A stretch of 24,000 bases of DNA from Actinomycetota bacterium (lineage in GTDB: Bacteria > Actinomycetota > Actinomycetes > Mycobacteriales > HKI-0501), in NCBI GenBank assembly GCA_030840805.1, contig JAVEDU010000021.1, positions 13,699-37,698 of the forward strand, written 5' to 3'. Each line of letters starts with the position of its first letter. Position 1 is the first letter of the stretch. Positions 7,500 to 14,936 of this stretch are shown here, piece after piece. Position numbers and translations under genes: made by a program. A model generated the notes under the pieces. The model was given only the letters and a program-made list of their open reading frames with translations, made no database searches and had not been told where the DNA came from.

Positions 7500-8987
7500 G
7501 TGGAGCACATCGAGACTCGCCGCTGCCTGCGATGTGGTGCGGTGCTGAGGCGTCGCAACCATGGCGAGGTATGCGATCCGTGCGGGCGCGCACCAAGGCC
7601 GCCATTGCGCACCGACCCGCTGACCGTGGCACTGCCGGCGGACTTCTACACCCGTCGGGACGTCATCGCGGCCCTCGGCACCTACGACTTCGCCACGTTC
7701 TTCCGCGCGGTACGAGCGGAGCTGGGACTGAGCCAAGAGGGGCTCGGTCTCCTGATCGGAGTGGACCAGAGCCGGGTCTGCAAGATCGAGACCGGCGCGC
7801 AGCGGCTGCGCGATGTCGCCACCGTCGCCCGCATCGCCCGCGTCTGTGCGGCACCCCCCGGGCTACTGGGCTTCGGCGCACCGCCCCTGGGCAGTGCCGG
7901 GTCGAGACAGGCGGTGAGCTGGCTGGAACGGCGGGACTTCTTCACCATCGTGGCCGGCCTGGCTCTGGGCGTCCCGGGCACGGTCGCGGCAGGACGACTC
8001 GACCACCTGGTACCCGCGGTCGAGACCGAGCCACTGGCGCACGTCGGCGCCACGGACGTCGCCCGGATCGAGGCCGCGACGGCCGCCTTCCGCTCCTGGG
8101 ACAACCAGCGTGGTGGCGGGGAGGCCCGCGGCGCGGCCACGGCGCAACTCCAATGGGTCGTGGCCACGGCCCACCGGGCCAGCTGCGCCGGCGAGGAGGT
8201 GCGGGATCGGCTGCTCACGGCCACCGCGGACCTCGCCGCGCTGGCCGCCTTCACCCATTACGACGTCGAGCGTCACGAGGACGCCCGGCGGCTGTGGCTG
8301 GTGGCGTTGGACGCCGCGCGGGAGGCACGCAACACGGACCTGACCAGCAAGGTGCTCCGGCAGATGGCGCATCAGGCCTTGCACCTCGACCGGCCGGACG
8401 AGGCGCTGCGACTGCTCCAGGTGGCCGCCGCCACCTCGCTCGGCACGACCACCGACGCGCCGGCCGCCACACTGGCCGAACTCGCCGCGTACAAGGGCTG
8501 GGCGCACGCGATGGCGGGCCGGGTGGGACCGTGCCTTCGCGCCCTCGGGCGGGCGGAGCAGGCGTACGCCAGCCCGCCCGCCGGCGACGTCCCGGCGTGG
8601 ATGTCCTACTTCGATGTCGCGGAACTGAACGCCTTGCGGGGGCACTGTCTCCACGTCCTCGGATACGAGCGACCCGAGGCGGCGGCCCAGGCCGAGCCAC
8701 TGCTCCGGGCGGCAGTCGAGGAGCGTGGAGCCGAGCACGTCCGACGCAAGACGCTGAACCAGATCGCCCTGGCGGCGACCTACTTCCAGCGGGGGCAGGA
8801 CATCGAGGAGGGCATCGCCGTCGGGTACCGGGCCGTCGCCGGCGCCGGGAGCCTGAGTTCACCGCGAGCGCTGTCCCGGTTGCGGGCATTGGCCAAGGTC
8901 ACCGCGCGGTACGCCAAGGAATCGTCGGTCGCGACCTTCCGAGCGAGGCTCCAGTCGGTGCTGGCGGGCGGCCAACTCCCGGCCTGA
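7500..8987 (+). CDS. XRE-family HTH transcriptional regulator with N-terminal CxxC..CxxC zinc ribbon and long alpha-helical (TPR-like) C-terminal domain
   Basis: GTG at 7500, 5 nt after GGGGAGG (7488-7494). Zinc ribbon RRCLRCGAVLRRRNHGEVCDPCGR. HTH LGLSQEGLGLLIGVDQSRVCKIETG. The C-terminal ~300 aa are helical-repeat-like (..ARRLWLVALDAAREA..VLRQMAHQALHL..). The first 190 codons of track ORF 6930..8987 were rejected as non-coding. Confidence 0.85.
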   Translation: MEHIETRRCLRCGAVLRRRNHGEVCDPCGRAPRPPLRTDPLTVALPADFYTRRDVIAALGTYDFATFFRAVRAELGLSQEGLGLLIGVDQSRVCKIETGAQRLRDVATVARIARVCAAPPGLLGFGAPPLGSAGSRQAVSWLERRDFFTIVAGLALGVPGTVAAGRLDHLVPAVETEPLAHVGATDVARIEAATAAFRSWDNQRGGGEARGAATAQLQWVVATAHRASCAGEEVRDRLLTATADLAALAAFTHYDVERHEDARRLWLVALDAAREARNTDLTSKVLRQMAHQALHLDRPDEALRLLQVAAATSLGTTTDAPAATLAELAAYKGWAHAMAGRVGPCLRALGRAEQAYASPPAGDVPAWMSYFDVAELNALRGHCLHVLGYERPEAAAQAEPLLRAAVEERGAEHVRRKTLNQIALAATYFQRGQDIEEGIAVGYRAVAGAGSLSSPRALSRLRALAKVTARYAKESSVATFRARLQSVLAGGQLPA

Positions 8988-8989
8988 CC

Positions 8990-9327
8990 GCCCGCGGGAA
9001 CGGGCAAGGTTCGCCGCGACACGCGTCCCGCTCGCAGTTGCCTTCATCGAGGGGGTGCCCGCCCCGGCCACGCCGGTCGACCAGGTCGAAGAACACGTCG
9101 CGTCGTCGGCGTCCACCGCGTACCGCAGCGCCAGCGTGTGCAAGGCGTCCGCGCGCCGCCGCACGTCGTCCCAGTCGTAGCCCGGCGGAGGTGGCCCCGC
9201 CGCGGCGGCGCGCTCGGCGAGCGTTCTCCTCTCTCCGGCGACCCGTTCGGACTGCCGGGCCAGGGCCTCCGGACCCGGCCCGGTACGCCCGGCCGCGTCG
9301 GCGACGACAGCCGGGTTCCCGCGCGGT
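8990..9327 (-). pseudogene. Coding-like minus-strand stretch without a start codon and with a frame switch: probable remnant
   Basis: The frame opening after TGA (9325-9327) reads PRGNPAVVADAAGRTGPGPEALARQSERVAGERRTLAERAAAAGPPPPGYDWDDVRRRADALHTLALRYAVDADDA with high G/C at third positions. It has no ATG/GTG before codon ~55. The best bias then moves to another frame (DVFFDLVDRRGRGGHPLDEGNCERDA), which would overlap the 3' end of the XRE gene. Confidence 0.25.
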
Positions 9328-9387
9328 CACCAGCGGCAGAGGAGACCCGCGGAGCCCGGCAGCGAACGGTCGGGGCGTCCCCTGATG

Positions 9388-9441
9388 GCGTGAAGAACGC
9401 GTGAAAATCGTGGGCCTCGCCGTGAAAAGCGCGTGAACCAG
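9388..9441 (+). promoter_or_regulatory. Four phased GTGAA-containing 11-mers (GCGTGAAGAAC GCGTGAAAATC ..10 nt.. CCGTGAAAAGC GCGTGAACCAG): candidate response-regulator (KdpE) operator / kdp promoter region
   Basis: GTGAA occurs at 9390, 9401, 9422 and 9433, giving spacings of 11, 21 and 11 nt (helical phasing). It sits in a locally A/T-enriched island ~75-125 nt upstream of the first ORF of the kdp operon. OmpR-family regulators bind direct repeats of this geometry. Confidence 0.5.
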
Positions 9442-9514
9442 CCTGGCCCCTCCCATCGCCTGGTGGCTCACTGGCTCCACCGGCAGTCGAGCCGGTGGAG
9501 GTCAGGAGGCACAG

Positions 9515-9979
9515 ATGCGGCGACGGCTGGATTCGGAACGGACCACGCCGACCGGTATCGCCACCGGGACGGGGGCGGTGGTCGTGGTGGTCTCGGCGTG
9601 CATCGCTGCGGCGGCGCCGGTGTCGGCCGAGGCAGTCCGGCTGGGGCTCGCGGCCTGTTCGCTCGCCGCGTTCACGGCTCTGACGCTGGACCCGGTCGCG
9701 GTGGCGTGTACCGGTGTCCTGTCCTTTCTTGTCGTCGACGGATTCCTGGTCAACCGGCTCGGTCAGCTGTCGTGGCACGGGGCGGCGGATCTCGCCCGGA
9801 TTTCGGCTCTGGCGGCCGCCGCGCTGACGGGGTTGGCTGCGGGTAGGTCCTTCCGGGCGGTACGCCGCTGGTGGGTGTGGCGGCAGCGATCGGCGTGGCC
9901 GGCTGCGCAGCGCCCGGACGGCGCCGGATTCCGCGACGAGCGGTCTTCGCGGATCGGGATGGAGGTGTCCTGTGGCTGA
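9515..9979 (+). CDS. Hypothetical 154-aa integral membrane protein, first ORF of the kdp transcription unit
   Basis: ATG at 9515 with AGGAGG at 9504-9509. 3-4 hydrophobic spans (AVVVVVSACIAAAAPV, LGLAACSLAAFTALTL, VACTGVLSFLVVDGFLV, ISALAAAALTGLAAG). The stop at 9977-9979 overlaps the next ORF by 8 nt. No family recognised. Confidence 0.6.
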   Translation: MRRRLDSERTTPTGIATGTGAVVVVVSACIAAAAPVSAEAVRLGLAACSLAAFTALTLDPVAVACTGVLSFLVVDGFLVNRLGQLSWHGAADLARISALAAAALTGLAAGRSFRAVRRWWVWRQRSAWPAAQRPDGAGFRDERSSRIGMEVSCG

Positions 9980-10055
9980 CCTGGCGTATGTGGTGCTGAC
10001 GGTGGCGCTGTTCGCTCTGCTCGCGCTGGTGGTGCGGGCGGCGGACAGGCTGTGA
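9972..10055 (+). CDS. 27-codon hydrophobic micro-ORF (VADLAYVVLTVALFALLALVVRAADRL) immediately upstream of kdpF
   Basis: GTG at 9972. A single TM-like span. Its TGA (10053-10055) overlaps the kdpF GTG (10052-10054) as GTGA. Too short to appear in the ORF track. Confidence 0.35.
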   Translation: MADLAYVVLTVALFALLALVVRAADRL

Positions 10056-10141
10056 ACGCCGAGAACGCCGTCGGGCTGGTCCTCGCTGTGGCGTTGCTCG
10101 TCTTCCTGGTGGTGGCCCTACTGTTTCCGGAGCAGTTCTAG
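10052..10141 (+). CDS. kdpF: K+-transporting ATPase subunit F
   Basis: 29 aa: VNAENAVGLVLAVALLVFLVVALLFPEQF. This matches the KdpF pattern (M. tuberculosis ..IVGLVIAVALMAFLFAALLFPEKF). The TAG at 10139-10141 abuts the kdpA ATG at 10142. Confidence 0.85.
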   Translation: MNAENAVGLVLAVALLVFLVVALLFPEQF

Positions 10142-11800
10142 ATGAGCTCGACAACGACGGGCCTGATCTTCATCGTCTCTCTGCTGGTCGCCCTCGTGGC
10201 GGTATATCGGCCGTTCGGTGACTACATGTACCGGGTGTTCACGTCCGCGAGGCACTGGCGGGTGGAGCGGGGCATGTACCGGCTGGTGGGGGTCGATCCG
10301 GACGGTGAGCAGTCCTGGGGCGTGTACGCACGGAGCGTGCTGGCCTTCTCCGCGGTGTCGGTGTTGTTCCTGTACGGGTTCCAGCGTCTGCAGAACCACC
10401 TGTGGCTGTCGCTGGGGTTCCCGTCGGTGGAGCCGGGGCAGGCCTGGAACACCGCCGTGAGCTTCGTGACCAACACCAACTGGCAGTCCTATTCGGGTGA
10501 GTCGACGATGGGCCACCTGGTGCAGATGGCCGGCCTGGCCGTGCAGAACTTCGTGTCCGCCGCGGTGGGCATCGGCGTCGCGGTGGCGCTGGTGCGCGGG
10601 TTCACCCGCAGCCGCACCGACCAGCTCGGCAACTTCTGGGTCGACCTGGTGCGGATCTGCCTGCGGATCCTGCTGCCGGTCGCGGTGGTCGGTGCGGTCG
10701 TGTTCATCGCGGGCGGGATGGTGCAGAACCTGTCCGCCGGCCAGGACGTGCACACCCTGGCCGGGGCGGCCCAGCACATCACCGGCGGTCCGGTGGCCAG
10801 CCAGGAGATCATCAAGGAGTTCGGTACGAACGGTGGCGGCTTCTACAACGCCAACTCCGCGCACCCGTTCGAGAACCCCACCTCCTGGACCAACTGGCTC
10901 CAGATCTTCCTGATCCTGGCGGTCGGGTTCTCGTTGCCGCGTGCGTTCGGCCGGGTGGTCCGCGACAACCGGCAGGGTGTGGCCATCGCCGTCGTCATGG
11001 CTGTCCTGGCGATCGGCAGCGTGCTCACGGTCAACGCCCTGGAGGTGGCCCACCACGGCACGGTGCCGCAGGCGGTGGGCGCGGCGACGGAGGGCACCGA
11101 GACACGGTTCGGTGTCCCGCAGTCGGCCACGTTCGCCTCGGCGACGACGTTGACGTCCACCGGGGCGGTCGACTCGTTCCACGACTCGTACACGGCGCTG
11201 GGCGGGGCCGTTCCGCTGGCAAACATGATGCTCGGTGAGGTGGCACCGGGCGGCACGGGCTCCGGCCTGTACGGCATCCTCGTCCTCGCGGTGATCACGG
11301 TGTTCGTCGCCGGGTTGATGGTGGGGCGGACCCCGGAGTACCTGGGCAAGAAGATCAGCGCCCGGGAGGTCAAGTTCGCGTCGCTGTACTTCCTGACCAC
11401 CCCGACCCTGGTGCTGGTCGGCGCCGCCGCGGCGATGTCGTCGGCCTCGACGCGGGCGTCGATGCTCAACACCGGGCCGCACGGGCTGTCCGAGGTGCTC
11501 TACGCCTACACCTCGGCGGGGAACAACAACGGCTCGGCGTTCGCGGGCCTCGGCGTCAACACGCCCTGGTACAACACCACCCTCGGGCTGGTGATGCTGC
11601 TCGGCCGGTTCCTGCCGATCGTGTTCGTGCTCGGCCTGGCCGGCTCCCTCGCCCGGCAGAACCCGACCCCGGCCTCCGCCGGCACACTCGGTACCCACCA
11701 GCCGCTGTTCGTCGGCATGGTCGTCGGCGTGGTCCTGATCCTCATCGCCCTGACCTACCTGCCCGCTCTCGCGCTCGGCCCACTGGCCGAGGGCCTGTGA
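10142..11800 (+). CDS. kdpA: K+-transporting ATPase subunit A (K+ channel-like subunit)
   Basis: 552-aa polytopic protein with typical KdpA segments (..[10 protein letters not shown]..; ..[20 protein letters not shown]..; ..[17 protein letters not shown]..). Position after kdpF. Confidence 0.97.
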   Translation: MSSTTTGLIFIVSLLVALVAVYRPFGDYMYRVFTSARHWRVERGMYRLVGVDPDGEQSWGVYARSVLAFSAVSVLFLYGFQRLQNHLWLSLGFPSVEPGQAWNTAVSFVTNTNWQSYSGESTMGHLVQMAGLAVQNFVSAAVGIGVAVALVRGFTRSRTDQLGNFWVDLVRICLRILLPVAVVGAVVFIAGGMVQNLSAGQDVHTLAGAAQHITGGPVASQEIIKEFGTNGGGFYNANSAHPFENPTSWTNWLQIFLILAVGFSLPRAFGRVVRDNRQGVAIAVVMAVLAIGSVLTVNALEVAHHGTVPQAVGAATEGTETRFGVPQSATFASATTLTSTGAVDSFHDSYTALGGAVPLANMMLGEVAPGGTGSGLYGILVLAVITVFVAGLMVGRTPEYLGKKISAREVKFASLYFLTTPTLVLVGAAAAMSSASTRASMLNTGPHGLSEVLYAYTSAGNNNGSAFAGLGVNTPWYNTTLGLVMLLGRFLPIVFVLGLAGSLARQNPTPASAGTLGTHQPLFVGMVVGVVLILIALTYLPALALGPLAEGL

Positions 11801-14001
11801 ACACGGCCGGAGGGCCTCCCGCCATGTCTGCCACCACGATCGACGCGTTCCCGGCGGCGCGGCCGCCCGCCGGTCCGGGTGGTCCGCGGCGCGTCGCCGG
11901 TGGGCTGCTCGATCCCGCCCAGTTGCTCCGGTCCACGCCGGACGCGCTGCGCAAGCTCAACCCGGTCATGTTGTGGCGCAACCCGGTCATGTTCATCGTC
12001 GAGGTCGGCTCGGTGTTCACCACCGTCCTCGCGGTCCTCCATCCCTCGGTGTTCGCCTGGCTGACCACCCTCTGGCTGTGGCTCACCGTGCTGTTCGCCA
12101 ACCTTGCCGAGGCGGTCGCCGAGGGCCGCGGCAAGGCGCAGGCCGAGACGCTGCGCCGAGCCAAGCACGACGCGATGGCGCGCCGACTGGCCAGCTGGGT
12201 ACCCGGAGCCGACCGGGCGATCGAGGAGGAGCCGGTACCGGCCGCGGAGCTGCAGCTAGGCGACATCGTCGTGGTCGAGGCCGGGCAGACGATCCCCGGC
12301 GACGGGGACGTGATCGACGGCATCGCGAGCGTGGACGAGTCGGCCATCACCGGCGAGTCCGCCCCGGTGATCCGCGAATCCGGCGGCGACCGCAGTGCGG
12401 TCACCGGCGGCACCAGGGTGCTCTCCGACCGGATCATCGTGAAGATCACCCAGAAGCCGGGGGAGAGCTTCATCGACCGGATGATCGCCCTGGTGGAGGG
12501 CGCCAACCGGCAGAAGACCCCCAACGAGATCGCGCTGAACATCCTGCTCGCCGCGCTGACGATCATCTTCCTGCTCGCGGTCGCCACCCTGCAGCCGCTG
12601 GCGATCTACTCCAAGGCGCAGAACCCGGCTGCCCCGAACACCGAGGCACTCACCGGCAACGGCGTCACCGGCATCGTGCTGGTCTCGCTGCTGGTCTGCC
12701 TCATCCCCACCACCATCGGGGCGCTGCTCTCCGCGATCGGCATCGCCGGCATGGACCGCCTGGTCCAGCGCAACGTCCTGGCCATGTCCGGTCGCGCGGT
12801 CGAGGCCGCCGGCGACGTCAACACGCTGCTACTGGACAAGACCGGCACCATCACCCTGGGCAATCGGCAGGCCAGCGAGTTCCTCCCGGTCGACGGCATC
12901 CCCGCCGAGCAGCTGGCGGACGCGGCGCAGCTGTCCAGCCTCGCGGACGAGACTCCGGAGGGCCGCTCCGTCGTCGTCTACGCCAAGACCGCGTACGGGC
13001 TGCGGGAGCGCCAACCCGGCGAACTGGGCCTGGCCACCTGGGTGGCGTTCAGCGCACAGACCCGCATGTCGGGTGTGGACATCAGCGAGGACGGCACCGG
13101 CACCCGGTCGGTACGCAAGGGTGCCGCGGCGGCGGTGATGAAATGGGTCCGGGACAACGGCGGCCGCCCGACCGACGGGATCGGGACGCTGGTCGACGGC
13201 ATCTCTGCCTCCGGCGGCACCCCCCTCGTGGTCGCCGAGCACCTGGCGGGCAGGCCGGCGCGCGCGCTCGGGGTGATCCACCTCAAGGACGTGGTCAAGA
13301 CCGGCATGCGCGAGCGCTTCGAGGAGATGCGCCGAATGGGCATCCATACCGTCATGATCACCGGCGACAACCCTCTCACCGCCAAGGCCATCGCCGAGGA
13401 GGCGGGCGTCGACGACTTCCTCGCCGAGGCCAAGCCCGAGGACAAGATGGCCCTGATCACACGGGAGCAGGAGGGCGGCAAGCTGGTCGCGATGACCGGC
13501 GACGGCACCAACGACGCCCCGGCCCTGGCCCAGGCCGACGTCGGGGTCGCGATGAACACCGGCACCTCGGCGGCAAAAGAAGCCGGGAACATGGTCGACC
13601 TGGACTCCGACCCGACCAAGCTCATCGAGATCGTGGAGATCGGCAAGCAGCTGCTCATCACCCGGGGAGCGCTGACGACGTTCTCCATCGCCAACGACAT
13701 CGCCAAGTACTTCGCGATCATCCCCGCCGTGTTCGCCGCGGTGTACCCGGGTCTGGACACGCTGAACATCATGCGGTTGCACAGCCCGGTCTCCGCGATC
13801 CTGTCCGCGGTGGTCTTCAACGCGCTCGTCATCGTGGCGCTGATCCCGCTCGCGCTGCGCGGAGTCCGATACACGCCGTCCAGCGCGGCGACGATGCTGC
13901 GCCGCAACCTGCTCGTCTACGGCATCGGCGGCATCGTCGCCCCGTTCATCGGCATCAAGCTCATCGACCTGATCGTCCAGTTCGTCCCCGGGATCTCCTG
14001 A
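11797..14001 (+). CDS. kdpB: K+-transporting P-type ATPase subunit B
   Basis: P-type ATPase motifs DKTGTIT, MITGDN and [18 protein letters not shown]. The GTG at 11797 overlaps the kdpA stop (GTGA). An alternative start is ATG 11824. Confidence 0.97.
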   Translation: MNTAGGPPAMSATTIDAFPAARPPAGPGGPRRVAGGLLDPAQLLRSTPDALRKLNPVMLWRNPVMFIVEVGSVFTTVLAVLHPSVFAWLTTLWLWLTVLFANLAEAVAEGRGKAQAETLRRAKHDAMARRLASWVPGADRAIEEEPVPAAELQLGDIVVVEAGQTIPGDGDVIDGIASVDESAITGESAPVIRESGGDRSAVTGGTRVLSDRIIVKITQKPGESFIDRMIALVEGANRQKTPNEIALNILLAALTIIFLLAVATLQPLAIYSKAQNPAAPNTEALTGNGVTGIVLVSLLVCLIPTTIGALLSAIGIAGMDRLVQRNVLAMSGRAVEAAGDVNTLLLDKTGTITLGNRQASEFLPVDGIPAEQLADAAQLSSLADETPEGRSVVVYAKTAYGLRERQPGELGLATWVAFSAQTRMSGVDISEDGTGTRSVRKGAAAAVMKWVRDNGGRPTDGIGTLVDGISASGGTPLVVAEHLAGRPARALGVIHLKDVVKTGMRERFEEMRRMGIHTVMITGDNPLTAKAIAEEAGVDDFLAEAKPEDKMALITREQEGGKLVAMTGDGTNDAPALAQADVGVAMNTGTSAAKEAGNMVDLDSDPTKLIEIVEIGKQLLITRGALTTFSIANDIAKYFAIIPAVFAAVYPGLDTLNIMRLHSPVSAILSAVVFNALVIVALIPLALRGVRYTPSSAATMLRRNLLVYGIGGIVAPFIGIKLIDLIVQFVPGIS

Positions 14002-14891
14002 TGCGTCTACCAGCCTGGCTCGCCCAGCACCTTGCCGCGCTCCGCGCCCTGCTCGTGCTCACGGTCTTGACCGGCATCGTCTACCCGCTGGTCCTGGTCG
14101 GCGTCGCGCAGCTTCCGGGGCTCAAGCACCACGCGGACGGCTCACTGATCACGACCGCCGGCGGCCGAACCGTGGGCAGCGCGATCATCGGACAGTCGTT
14201 CACCGACACGCGCGGTCGTCCGCTCGCGCAGTACTTCCAGTCCCGCCCGTCTGCCGCGGGCAGCGGATACGACCCCACCGCCACCGGCGCGTCCAACCTC
14301 GGACCCGAGAGCGTCGTCGACGTCCTGCCCAACCCCCAGGTGGCAGGTGACCGCGGCAAGCCGAGTCTGCTCACCCAGGTCTGTTCGCGGAGCAGGGCCG
14401 TGGGTGAACTGGAGGGAGTGGACGGTCGCCGGCCGTTCTGCACCACCGGTGGCGTCGGGGCGGTCCTCGCGGTGTTCCACCACGACGGGCTCACCGGCCC
14501 GGTGACCAGGGTGGTCAGCCTCGACGAGGCCTGCCCCGCGCGCCCGTTCCTGGCCCGCTACCAGGGCGTCGAGGTGGAATGCGCGAGGCCCGGCGCGGAC
14601 TACTCCCGCGGCGTCGTCACCCCGATCCGTGGCGACGCACCGGCGCATCCGGTGGTACCGGCGGACGCGGTCACCGCCAGCGGCTCCGGCCTCGACCCGC
14701 AGATCAGCCCCGCGTATGCGAGCGTCCAGGCGGCCCGGGTGGCCAGGGTTCGCGGGGCCTCGGTCGACGCGGTGCGGAGGATGATCGAGGCGCACACGAG
14801 CGGTCGGGCGTTGGGGTTCCTGGGTGAGCCCGCCGTCAACGTGCTCGAACTCAACCTCGCCCTCGACAGCAGGTATCCGTTCCGCGGCTGA
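14001..14891 (+). CDS. kdpC: K+-transporting ATPase subunit C, unusually long (296 aa) because of an internal insertion
   Basis: Last 297 codons of track ORF 11973..14891. The ATG at 14001 overlaps the kdpB TGA (TGATG). KdpC hallmarks: N-terminal TM, GSAIIGQSF, SRPSA, GASNLGP, VTASGSGLDPQISP, NVLELNLALD. Confidence 0.9.
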   Translation: MRLPAWLAQHLAALRALLVLTVLTGIVYPLVLVGVAQLPGLKHHADGSLITTAGGRTVGSAIIGQSFTDTRGRPLAQYFQSRPSAAGSGYDPTATGASNLGPESVVDVLPNPQVAGDRGKPSLLTQVCSRSRAVGELEGVDGRRPFCTTGGVGAVLAVFHHDGLTGPVTRVVSLDEACPARPFLARYQGVEVECARPGADYSRGVVTPIRGDAPAHPVVPADAVTASGSGLDPQISPAYASVQAARVARVRGASVDAVRRMIEAHTSGRALGFLGEPAVNVLELNLALDSRYPFRG

Positions 14892-14936
14892 CGTGGCGGG
14901 AGCAGGCTCAGGGGGGCGCGGGAAGGAGGCGTCCAG

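Noticed and set aside
11973-14891. 972-aa plus-strand ORF spanning kdpB and kdpC
   Set aside because: Only the last 297 codons (from ATG 14001) are KdpC. The first ~675 codons are an out-of-frame shadow of kdpB (Arg/Gly/Pro-rich).
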